Shown here: in pieces, positions 20,399 to 33,100 of the stretch
How positions within the stretch are numbered: position 1 is the stretch's first letter
Layout of the letters: every line of letters starts with the position of its first letter
Source of the DNA: Tubiluchus corallicola
Taxonomy: Eukaryota > Animalia > Priapulida
DNA length: 64,000 bases
Assembly (NCBI GenBank): GCA_030141605.1
Contig: JAQGDQ010000076.1
Location: 620,001-684,000, forward strand
Direction of reading: 5' to 3'
Position numbers and translations under genes: made by a program
The notes under the pieces: model-generated
What the model saw: only the letters and a program-made list of their open reading frames with translations
The model's database searches: none
What the model was told of the DNA's origin: nothing

Positions 20399-23300
20399 GT
20401 AAGATATTTATATTATAGTTAACTTTTAATTTGCAAACTTTCGAGACAGACAACTTCGATTCAGCATAATATCTTATCCAGAGAACCTGTATTAATCTAC
20501 CATGGCAGTTCTACTATCAGAACTACCTGTAACGTAAAGCTGACCCATTTCACACTTTTAGCTTGATAAATTATTCCAGTTTGAATATAATATTATTATG
20601 TTAATTTGCGAATTTTTGTTTGTATACGTAGCAAAATTTCTTACGAGTTCTTAGTCTACAGATCTCTGGACACGTTGAATGGGAAAAATCAAATAATTTG
20701 AAACATGCTTTGCTTGTTAGAAAAGAAGAAGTGTAAGTTGTGGGCTAATTGAACCACAAAAACTTTTTTCACGATTTGTGTAACAATACATACATGTGCA
20801 AATTACAAATATCAGATAAAAAATCTGTTTGTTATTACACTCGCCTTTGTTGTACTTATCACAGTGCATCAGCAGCAGTATAATAAAAGCGACTGTCTTG
20901 CCCATTGTGGATGATGTATGCACCCTTTCTCATGCTGGCTTGCAGCGTGTAGTCGAATAAAACAAAATCTGCTTTTTTACTTTGTCGACAGTTGATACCT
21001 TTAAAAATGACAAATCATGTTTTAATATTTTATTAGTGAGGGCCTGTTTAAAAAGGATCTATACAGAATGCAAAAAGTGGCTTTTGCAAATTATAAAACG
21101 AATGTTATTTGTTTTAAATCCAACTTTTCCTATATTTTTGTGTGCAGTGCCTAGAAATTGTATAGCATGTGCAAAATGGGTTAGTCAGTGCATTAAGTTA
21201 AACAAGGAGTTCAGGTAAACAGGTCTGTTAATTGTTTTACTGGTGTCCTAAAAACTTTTATGCAAAATAAAAATATAAATGAGTGGCAACAAGCAAATAA
21301 TATAGTCGGTGATTTTAGAATAATTATGGGATTGCACAATCGATGTATGTGTATTTCAAAGTATGTCAAGCAGTGCACTTTCTAGCAGCATTTCCGTCTT
21401 GTACAGGTGCTATGACTGTTTTTCGTTGGAACAACCATAAGCACCATAGGCTGCTTTTTTGCTCTGACGTTAAAGTCATTTACACGATTAATTAATTGCT
21501 GGTATTTTTTGTCATTTAGGGAAACAGTGGTCATTACTTTATTTGCCTGACATTTTCTAATTCAGTGTAAAATCCTGATTTCATTTTAAGCATCCAGAAG
21601 TTATCTGTTTCTGCATCCATCCTGTATGGAACACAGCTTGAATGGAAGTATTAATGCCCTTGTATCCTTACACGCCCTTTTATCTCAGTTAATGGTTTCC
21701 ACTAGAATGTCATACACAGTTGTTTTTTTCATAAGAAATTAGAACTATGCATCATTGGGGTAGATCCATTCATACGTTGGAGTAAAGGAAACCTCTACCT
21801 TTCTATGTACAGTCTATAGAGCAGATCTATTTAATTGGTGTAATTCATTTAACAGAGCATATTTGAGGGGCGTACTCAGAAAGTGAAAAATCAGACTTTC
21901 TTACATTCCGTGCAGTGATCCGTAGTATCTTCATGCAAAATTTCAGTTTCCTACAATGAAAACTGTGCCCTGTGATGGCCTTTAAAGATAAATGTAACAA
22001 CATGACCAAGCTTTAAGAATTGCCACTTTGTACTTGATCCAAAAATACAATACTTCTGCAGCAGTTATGCATGAATCTCTCAATAATCAACCTAAACTTG
22101 CTTGAAAGGCAAGTTATCCTTCTTTATGTGTTATTTCGCACGTTTCTTGGAACAAAATTAGCATTAGGCCTATATAAAATGCAAGAAATATTTCATCAAA
22201 GCAATTGACCATTCGTTTTGCTTTCACATTACCTAAAATTTATTCAACATTCTATAAAATGCCTAGGAACAGTAAGTCCAAAACTAAAGAGATACATGCT
22301 TTGCCTTATAAAACTTTTGTAAATATGCCTAGGAAAAGTGTAGAAGAAATTATTTTAAATAACTTTACATGGTGTTTTTGGCACTCCATAAAATGCTTGG
22401 CCTGTAAAATTTAAGTTCATTGATTACCCAAAATGTAATCATTTGGTTGACAGATTATACATAGCTTAAAACGGATTAGTAGTCTGTCAGGTCTTGCATC
22501 TCTTTTTGGGAGGTGAACTTTGATCTTAGTGTTTATAGTCAACTTTGACCTTCAGCACTCATTTTTGGACAAACTGGCCCGAAATTGAGATCACTTTTTT
22601 GACTTCTAGGAAAACAGCTAACCTACCTGTAATATTTTCGTTTGTATGCTTTGAACAGCAATGAGAGAATGCTGTGTTCACAGAGACGCACAGATTGGAC
22701 TGAAGTGCCTTCATCTGGTAACAAATGTGAATGAGAATGAAATTCATTAAATACAGTAATTGGTTGATCTCCTACAACTAAGTGGAGTTTGCTATTGTCA
22801 CTTCACATTGCTTCAATACTCTTGCCTTCACATTTTCTAGTGCTCTATTGATTTACCAATTACCTCGTCTTGGCATTGCAGCCTCCATAAAGCGTGTTAT
22901 ACATGTCTGAGAGGCAATTTATCCGCAGCACTGATAGCTAGAGCTGTAGGCTCTAGGCATTCTGTGCAGCAATGCTCTGTTGCCTTGGAATGTGCTCTGT
23001 GTCATGTCAACTAATCTGAGAAGAATGGGTGCGCTGATCTTGGACGTTTTTGTTTAACTAAATGAAAAAAGGCGGGTTGGTGAAGTTTCTCTGCTGCACT
23101 GTGTATAGCCGGTTTTACTGTACACATTCTTGACTGTATGTAAAGCTCACTTTTTTTTGGTTTCTTTTGAGTGACCTAAGAGTGATTTTTGCTGTAATTT
23201 AAATGTAATGATAATATGCGATGATAATATCATCATACATATATGTGCGATGATAACATACCCATCACAGATGATTCAGTGTCTCTGCATGTATGGTTTA

Positions 23301-23996
23301 AAATTGCCAATTATACATACATGTTTGTGGGTTATAAGGTAGACGTGTTTAATATTATGCTGGTATTTAAGCTCAGTGAACGGTGTTACGTTTACTTTGT
23401 ACTGTCCTATTTACTTACAAGTGCAAAATCAGTATAAGTAGAATTATTTGCAATTAAAATTTGAATTTGACAAAACATTTTAGGTCATAATTTTGTAGGC
23501 TGACAGTGATATCATAGAATAAGAATTTTTATTTCTATTCTTCCTGCAGTAGAAAAATAGGTATATTTAAAAAACTAAGATGAATATAAATTTGGGGGCG
23601 TACATGGACATAGAATCTATTTTGGGGTTGATGGTTTAAAACCCATAATAAAAATACGACACCTCGAAAGTCTAAAACTAAGGTGTTAAGCTGGCTACCT
23701 GCTACCACTACTACTATGTAGAGTAGCTGGTATGTACTTATCCAACCACTCGTTAGTTAACAATGCAAAATTAAACAAGTTTTATAGAGTTCTGAGCAAT
23801 AAATTTACCAGAATAACTTGGGCTGCTGTATTCCTACATCCGATTTGTGGAGGTCATAAAATTTTTATTAGTGCACAGTGAGCAAACACCTTTGCTACAT
23901 GTGAAATTTAATGAAGCACTAACTGACCTGGCAAGACATTTGATGTTTCTTTTTTTGTACTACCTTTCAGGTGTTGATAACTAAGAGCAGATAACC

Positions 23997-24108
23997 ATGA
24001 CTACAGATTTGCTGGTTCGTTGGGAACAAGGCCAGGAACAGACAGAAGAGGACCAAGACAACAGTTCTGCCAGACTCTTTGAGCGATCAAGAATCAAAGC
24101 TTTGGCAG
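23997..24108 (+). CDS. SPTBN1: beta-spectrin coding exon 1 (exon begins 23971)
   Basis: [37 protein letters not shown]; donor gtaaca. Confidence 0.95.
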
Positions 24109-27100
24109 GTAACATTTTTTTTAAAAAATATTCTATGAAGATCGTGAGTATCCTGCTACTAAACCCTGGAAGTGTAACTGAAATTTACATGCCGTATTAA
24201 TTTTCTGATCACTGGCTTGCTGTTCATTAAAGCACAAGAAAACCCTTCATAAACATCTTGAAAAATTCGTTTTGAAATTTTATATCACTTACATACTGCC
24301 TTTTTGCATGCAGGACTTCAATCGGCAGCCACGGTGTATAAAACATGTAAATTTAGACTCCCACGATGACTGTTAGACGCAGCCATTTTCACGACAGGTC
24401 ATTTGAAACAAGTTTAGATAACATTTTGTAAAGTTTGAAAAAATAATCAGAGCATTCGTAGCGCACAAGTCACTAATTAAATAAAATTTAAAATTACTAT
24501 ATCTTGTCAATAAGATTAAAAATACGTTTTTTGGTTAGTGAGTGGTGCACCCTGTAGGGTGAGTCAACGACATTTTACCAATTGGCGAAAACATTTTAAA
24601 TAATTAATAATTTTCTTTTCTAGTTACATAAGTCTTTATAGCAGGTAAGCGAAAACCTAAGTAAGATAGATTTGCACGATTCTTCTCTTGATTTACATTT
24701 GGCACATGACGTCATGTAATGGCGACTTCGGAGCAATATTGCAGGAGATTTAAAATGAAAACAAACTAAAATTCCTTTCAGTGCGAGTAAGATGGCAATT
24801 TTTTAAGGCGATTTTTCTGAAACCTACTTCAGGTACCCCTTTTCTTGTCCTTTAAAGGCTCTTAAAAACTATCCATAGTATTTTTTGTTGGAATTGAAAA
24901 CTGTTTTGTTTGTTTGATCTGCACCACGTTGCAGGAACAATTTGGTAAACACATGTACAAATTCAGATTTCTCAACTATATAAACAACGTTACTATTTTA
25001 AATGGTGGTACTTTTTGAGGCACATTTGTGGTTTATTTTAACTTGACCTATTCTGATCAGGTAATAATTTTTTTCATAAATAGGTTTTTATACTGGATAG
25101 TAGATACCTCCTGAATTATACTGAGAACTTTTTGTAACAAAAGATTTCTGATCTGCAAATGTACATAGGTTAATTTTTTGAGTATGGATAGAATTATTTA
25201 CAAAATTGCATAGACCTAGTTTTTGTTGTTTTTTCTTTCATTCTTAACAAATATGTTAGGTTAGCTTGACCTTTTAGTTGGAGATCACAAAGTTTCTGTC
25301 AATATTTGCAGAGCAATTTGCACATTCAGTAACTAGTAGATCAAAGCGAGCAAAAAACTGCTGATAATTTCACTGCTAATTCTTTGGAAATCAAACATAT
25401 CTGTTATCTTAATACATATCCACTACTATTTACAAACTTGTACATGTATGTATATTGTCTCCCATTTTACTTTATCTTACCATGCAATTCTCAGTTTATT
25501 TAAATGATTTTTCTATTTAGTTTCTGTTTTTGCTAGTTTCTTTTTTATTTTTGTGTTATTAGTTTAAGCTTTCTAGCTGCATAATTCACCTTTGCCACTG
25601 ATTTGATTCACTTTTCAAATTAAATGAATACTAGTTTGATTCGGAAAATGAGCTCGCACAGTGATTTTGATATAATAATTCTATTCATAAGCTTTATTAG
25701 ATCATATTGTATGCTGTTATGTTTGCCTTCCGTGATTAGTGATAGGATTTATTATCCTCTGCCACATTGGAAATGGGTTATAGAGATAAGGTGCCTTTGT
25801 CCTGTCTTATGTCCTTCCAGTTGTTAACATTCATCTTAAAAATCCCTGCCTCCCCATGGTCTAGGCCTTTTCAAACCAAGATTGCGGTTTGTATACCTTA
25901 GAATGGGCAGTGAGGTGATACAAGAATGTTGGAAGAGTCAAGTAACCCCTGCAAATCCAAATGGGCGAACTTAGTAACTAAAGTTGAGCAATGCTGAGTC
26001 TAGTCAACAAATGGATGGGTGATCCCAAATTTGATAGTCATTTTGGACCATTCTATTCATTATGGCGATTCTGCATGTTATTGTGGATATTTATAATCAA
26101 TACCTGTAAAACTATGCTTGATCTTAATATGTTTAGCTGTTTTTCTTCCTGTTCAAAGTTTTGAAAGTTAGGTTGGCTACTATCCAATGAGTAGGTGGTA
26201 GTCATTATTGTTTTAGTAGTGATTGGACACTGGAAACTGCAAGTTGGAAACTCAGTGTACAATTATTAAATTTTTGAAGCCCAAAGAAAAGACACAGCTG
26301 ACCTTGAATTTGAAGCAGGACAAGTCCAACGCCACAAGTTTCTAGCAAGGCGCATGTTATTACAGCATTTGACATAATTGGTTTAAAGTTAAGTGTCATT
26401 CCTGTTTGTTGATAGACAAAGACATTTATTTTTCCGTCGGCTTATTTAATACTCAACATTAGCACTAACCTTAGCATTAGAATTACCAGCATCCGTATTA
26501 GAGCACTTTAGAGACTTAAAAGTTACATCATTACAAGGAACGACGCAACACAGAAATTACGAATAATATCTAAGATACGATGCTGTGACGTTGGCAGTCA
26601 CTAGTCTTGAACCCAAGATTTTGCAGTTTGCAGTAGCTGATGAATGAAAAAGTACATTAGTAATGAACAAAAGATTCCCCAAATATAAAATTGTCAGCCA
26701 CTTAGTACTGACATTGTAACCATTCTTAGTTGAGTGAAGGGGGTAGCTATGCATACGAGCGAGTTAAGTAATGCCGAGCAACGTCAATAACTGGATAATT
26801 CACTGTTGGGAAACTCGTTTTTACGATTTTTGGTAAAAGTAGGCCCATGTTATTTCCCTCGTTGAAGGCGTGCAAAGCCACCTCTCTCAATTCATCATCC
26901 TATTTTGTAATGATCACACTCAGTAGATGTAAAATGCGTTTCCATAACTGCTTGTTTATACTGTAAGAAAAATTACAATATTTCACACTATCAATTATAA
27001 GCAGTTGGGACGTTACGCCTAGTTCACTGGCTACATATTTTACTGTCCTAGATGAGCAAGATTTCGGCTCAGCCGCAATCATCTACATGGTTAAATCAAG

Positions 27101-30100
27101 TAGACTCTGCTGTTGAAAGCTGGATTCCAGCTTACACAGTGACGAACTGTATAAAGAAATTGAATTACGCTAAGTTTGTTATTGATAAATCAATAGAACA
27201 GTGACATTCGCCTGTAGGTATTGCAATAAAATGGTTTTGTTTGGCTAATACGGAAATAATAATGCTCAATTTCACATTTCTGGAAATCAATAAGAGTGTG
27301 TGATTGAAAGCAGGAAATTGACGCTGATCCATCTTAATTAACTTGTAGTTTACTGCACAGTGTTCTGATAGCACAAGCTTCTGCGAATAGTGCAAGCTTG
27401 CTAATTGTTGTCTTTTGGTTAAGTTTTTCAATCTTTTGTAAAAATAGAAAAAATAAGTTGTTGACGAATGAAAGTTTGTGACTATCTTTTTGCGTTTTTA
27501 ATATTCGTTCATAAGCAAGCGTGATTTTGTTTCGTTTAACGGGGCGATTTCAAATAAATTTTCTACACTTTTGCGCGACTTTTTCTGTAAAGGTAATTTT
27601 GTGAGCGAGTTCCTGTGACTGAGAGCTGGTTAGGCCAATACACACCTTTGCGTTGTGTCTTTACCTGTATATGTTTCAATACAAGGTAGTCTCACCTGCC
27701 TAAAATTACTGTTTTCCCCCATAGGATGAAACTGTTTGTAGTTATTGATGGGTGGAACCCACGAACAGTTTCTGTAACAAGTCTTAGCCGAAAATAATGA
27801 ATTTTCACAAAGTTGGGAGCCTCAAGAATGAGCATGAAACCAGAGACCCTTGGGTTACAAGTTGACTGTTATACCACTAAACCACTGTAACCACACGTAC
27901 CTTTTACATTGCTGTCTTGCAGAGTAATAATAGCTTACCAACCATAAATGTTGGATCACGCGAATAGTAAAATAAATGGTCTAGTCGCCAGTGAAAAACT
28001 GTTTTTCAAACTTTAGAGACTACGTTATTTATCGCGTGTCGCATAAACAGCTGGAGAGACAGTCCTCTGAGATTAACGTTTGCTTTTATTTGCTTGATTT
28101 TACTCTTAGTCTTGTTTTCTTAACTTTCGTATAGCATTTTTTTAAATAGTTTTTTCTATCTTTTACCGCATGATGCTTTTCCATATATGCAGAAACCTTA
28201 AATTGTTTGAGTAGTTTATTATGTTAGTGAACTGAAAATGTTCTTTTGGGTTAATTCAAAATTGTTTAAAACAACTCTAGTGTAAAAACATTATTTCTTT
28301 TTTATTTGGTAACACTTGAGCGTCCGTGTTTCCGTGGAGACTATGGTTTTGTGGAAATGACTCAGGGCTTCTCTGACTCATGATTGACGCGTTTGCTGTG
28401 CCGCTGGCAGACCTAGTACTGGCTTCATAGATTGCGGCAGCCGCGGCTGACCAAACTTTATTAAATTTACTGGAACTCGTCGATCTTTAAATATCTCGCC
28501 TTTTTGGTACATTTTGTGCGTCTGTGGACAGGTGGCAAAAATACGCAGTTTAGAAATCTGCACAATGAATGCTTGAGTATTTCTTACTCCCCCCGCCCCC
28601 TTTCCCCCGATTGATCTGTGCCTCTCCATGCTGTATGATAGGCGACGTGGCGCAATCAATACATAATAGAGGCTTATGTGTAACACGGCACTACAGGTCG
28701 ATATTGTAAGCTTTGCTTGATCCAGACACTCAGACAGCCTATCCAACATCTAATGAAATGAACTTTTCGGTGGCCTGGTAATATTTTTTATGTATCTCTC
28801 AAAAACTTATCTTTCAAAGAGTTAGAGAACTGCTTTCTGTTTGGACTGTTTCGAAAACGTTTTGGTCTCACGCTAATGATGTTGAAAAGCACTTCCGTAT
28901 CATTTGCTGATCATTTTCAAATCACATTGTATTAATTAAACTAAAACTAAGTGTATGTATAGCGTTTGTATATATTTATGTAACATAGCACACATAACAT
29001 AACCCTTACATAACATACACTTGAATATTTAACCACCTTGGTCCTTTCAGCCAATCAGCAGCGCATATTAAATGATATTATATATTCTCACTACCAGCTA
29101 ATATTGGTGAGAATATCAACTCTTTTGTTCCCGGTCCTTAATCTGTTCTAATAGACTTCCAGCTTAACTCTTTGATCAATAATTATGTGTGATAATTACT
29201 AGCTAATTGGATTCGTTTTATAGTACATGATTTAAGCCTTGTAGTGATCAGTGATATACATCATGTGTACATAAAGTTAGTGATTTTCAAACAATGTGAC
29301 AATGTGGGCAAAGCTTTATACAATATAAACATTGCACTGAAATCTGCACTTAAATTGGAAATACTGGCAAGGAAGTCAAATTGCGTATTCATGTTTTAAA
29401 TTAACAAGATCGTTGATATGGGACCAAATAATGAGCTTCTTGTGATATAGACAGCAGTTCATTGTTCTCAGACATTTCTTCTGTGCAACTACATAGCCTA
29501 CCTGCCAGAGATAATTAAACTGTGAGTGTAGATTCATGTTATTTTGTGCAGCTGTGGCTTGTAATAAATTATTCACGAGCTTTCAGACAAGCGCTTGGCG
29601 TCCCAGTAATTATCTACTAATAAGATCAAACAGGCTTTTTTACTTGCCTGCAGCCCAGCTGCTACGGCTGAAGTGCTTTTTAGGTACTGTCAGTTTTGAG
29701 ACTGTATTTGTATTTATTAAAGTAATTTTACATTATGAATTAAAATTTTCAGCAAAAGGAAAAATGTATTACAAGTATATTACATATACAGTGTACTTGT
29801 ATTACATGTAAAAATATCTTTCTCCCACAACAAATTTTGATGGCAAAGCGTTTTTTATAAAATTTTATTTAATATTTCACTGCTTACCATCATTTTGGAA
29901 AGTTTATGTTTACAAACATCATTATTTATATGCATGTATTTCTAGTTTAGGTTTAATGTGTGTTTTATTTGACACTATTGCCTGGTATCAGCTATCTAAA
30001 TTATTTTTGTAAAGATTTAATGCTTATATAGTATAAAGCTTTTTAGCAAATCCCTTTAGTACTATCAAATATGAAGCATATGGGAAAATTAACTACTTAT

Positions 30101-33100
30101 AATTAAAAAGTTGTTAACTGTTTTTGTAATTTCTCCTTAACAAATGTACCGGTTAGGAAGAAATTACACTTAAGTATGATTTTTTTCATTGTAAAATCAC
30201 TTTCTTTACATTGTTTTTGGTCCATTCTTATTTTAGTAGTACTATAAAATCATTTTGTCTGTTATAAGTAAAAAAATACATACATTCCAGTCTCTGGGCT
30301 TTTAGTTCAAAAGACCGAATTACACACACAAAAACAAATGTACACAGTAACGCTGAAACAAAATGTAATCTGGCAAGCACTATATAAAGATATACACAGA
30401 AGATGTACATTAGACTTAAACACTGGTGCAATATAGATTAAAAAGTACAGAATTGATATCAAATTTCATGTTAAAATAATTTCTACATTGTTATAAGTTG
30501 ATTTCAATATTATAAAAAGTTGTATAATGTCTAAAATTATTGCAATGATAATATAGTAAAAATTAAATTGAGAAACAGGACTAAAAACACTTACGGAACT
30601 AAAAAGGTTGAATCTGCCCAACCAGGTTCGTTTCTGAATTTAGAAACAATAAAAGATGCCAGTATAGCTAATTTTGCAGTTTTCTGTTTGAAATCTTTAA
30701 TGTTCGTGTGGTTCGGGTGTTATATTAGAAGTTTATGGAAGCTTTTCAACCTTTTTTCATTGGTTTTTGAAATGAAAAACAACTCACAATTTCGATAGCA
30801 GAATATTGTACTTCAAAACCGTTTTCTTTAATGTCTGCCACCAAGCTTGCACATTTATTCTCTTTAAACTGGTGGGCTTTTTTAATGTTCAGGCCAAAAA
30901 AACTGTCAGCTCGAATACGAATAGTTTCTTCAGTAGTTTATTAAATACCCATGTCAGGGATGGATGTAGTTTGTGTGCGTTTAAGTGGTATAGTGCTAAT
31001 TCTATTGTTGTTTAAACCAGATTAATCAACAGAAACAATGAAGCCAGTTGGCAGACACTGAAGAAGCTGCTTATACCAAAAGTGAACTATGTTGTTGTGG
31101 CGCCAAGTATATCTACCTTATTGAAGGAAAATTTTACAAGAGTTGAAAATGTGAGACAATGATTCAGTCGAGTTGCAGTTTGAGTACTTGGCTGTGGTTT
31201 TCTTTCCCCAGACAGAAAAGTTGTAATTAGTCGGTAGCGCATCGACTGCTGCATTGTACATGAATTTCAAAACGTCCTTTGGGAGATTATAAGCCATACT
31301 TTTCAAGTCAATGCATTTTTTGTCTTCGATAAGTAATTCTAAAAAACAGCCTTGCATCACCAGAGTTTTGATTTTATCTTGTCAAGCAGAGAAGGATAAG
31401 AGGTTGAATTTTAGCCTTTGTTTCTTTTTTGAGCTTAACTGTGGTTTCTTCTCCGGGGTAACAAAGGTAACTGCTGAGTAGTTTTGTATATGGTGCTTGT
31501 AAAGTTCACGTACTAAGTGCAAAATGGCTTTGTTAGTTATAGTGCAGTATGTAAATTTATATTACTGTAACTTATTGGCCTGCAAATAGATACCTCGTTT
31601 ATATATACCCATTGATATACATTTATAAAATAAAGAATTATCATCTTCATCATCGTTGCGACTATCGATGCAAAGCTTTATTAGCTTTTTGTCTATGATT
31701 TTTACTCAGAAGTTTTAGTGCTTCTTTAAACCACTTTTGTAAAGATTACATTCATATTGTATAAAGCTTTGTAGCAAATCGCTGTAATACTATCCTTCAG
31801 ATATGCAAATTATGAAAAAATTAAATAATAATTTGAAAAGTAGTTAATATTGGTTAAGGAGAAATTACAGTTAATACAGTTTTTTCATTTTAAAGTTGCT
31901 TTGTTTAATTGTATATCATTTATATTTTTCCATTCTTGTCTTACTTTTGATTACCTTGAAAGTTGGGGCAAAGCTTTATTAGTTTTTTACCTATGGTCTT
32001 CGCTCAAAAGTTGTTGATAGTTTTTAAAGCACTGCTGTTCATTATTATGTTGCTGTGCAGTGTTTATCGGTAATAGTTTTTGCAAATGGGTCTGGCTGTA
32101 ATGGATCGTGGTACATTTTGGGATTTCTCTTCCAAAATTAAGCCACTTCTCTTCCCTTTCAGTGAAGATAGCTTTACTCTTCCAGTATGTTCCTTATATT
32201 TCAGATTGCATAATCCACACACTAATTTCGTGACTTGTCGCTTGAACCAATTCCACTTTACTGACTGAATCTACACAAGATGGATTTCATTTGATATTTC
32301 CAGAGCTAATTTTGTAGCTCTGTTATTTTTTTAAAAAAGTTGTGTAACAGTCACCCCATTATCACAAAAGTTTGCGCAGTGCAAAAAATGAGTACTAATG
32401 CGGAAATGCACTTACAAAAATGTTTGCCAAAATGATGCAAATTTTAAGTTTCTTACTAACTGAATTACTAACTAGCCATACATAATTAATTCTGCATGTC
32501 TAGCAAAAATAATAATTGTAAACCCTTTCTTTGATTTTAGATGAGAGAGAGGTTGTGCAAAAGAAGACATTCACAAAATGGGTGACCTCGCATTTGTTGC
32601 GTGTCAACAGTCGAGTGGGAGACCTTTATGTGGACTTGAGGGATGGAAAGCTTCTAATCAAATTATTAGAGATACTTTCTGGAGAAAGACTTGTAAGTAC
32701 TGTACCATAAAAAATTGAGGAACCACTTGTGTAATGTGACGAAAAAAAATTGCTCGTTGTTCACACTAACAATGTAAATGAAGAACATGTGTTTTTGCCT
32801 TACCTAAGCCACTATGTGTAATGATGACACGTTAAAATCTTCAAATATGACAGTGTCATTTTGTCCTTAATATTTTTTTGATAGTTCATGTACCTTATAA
32901 ATGATAAATTTCTATTACATGTAACATGATTGTCAAAAAGTTGTGATAGAAATTGTGTCATATTAATTATTTTCAAATAATGACAAATCATTAGCAGTTC
33001 ACTTGACATCTCAAATGCTATGATCATTAATTTTTACTAGTTATTGTAGTCTAATCATACAGTTGTGCATTTCTATATTTCATTCTGTTGTAATACTAAT

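Noticed and set aside
25978-26026. Possible 5S rRNA gene
   Set aside because: Only about 45 nt of diverged similarity, no terminal stem or poly-T terminator; treated as SINE-derived.
28378-28749. 123-aa minus-strand ORF
   Set aside because: Explained by locally high GC; no domain and no linked exons found.
31058-31095. CTGAAGA as a further hammerhead core
   Set aside because: No proper stem II or GAAA box; it is the antisense of the retrotransposon coding fragment.
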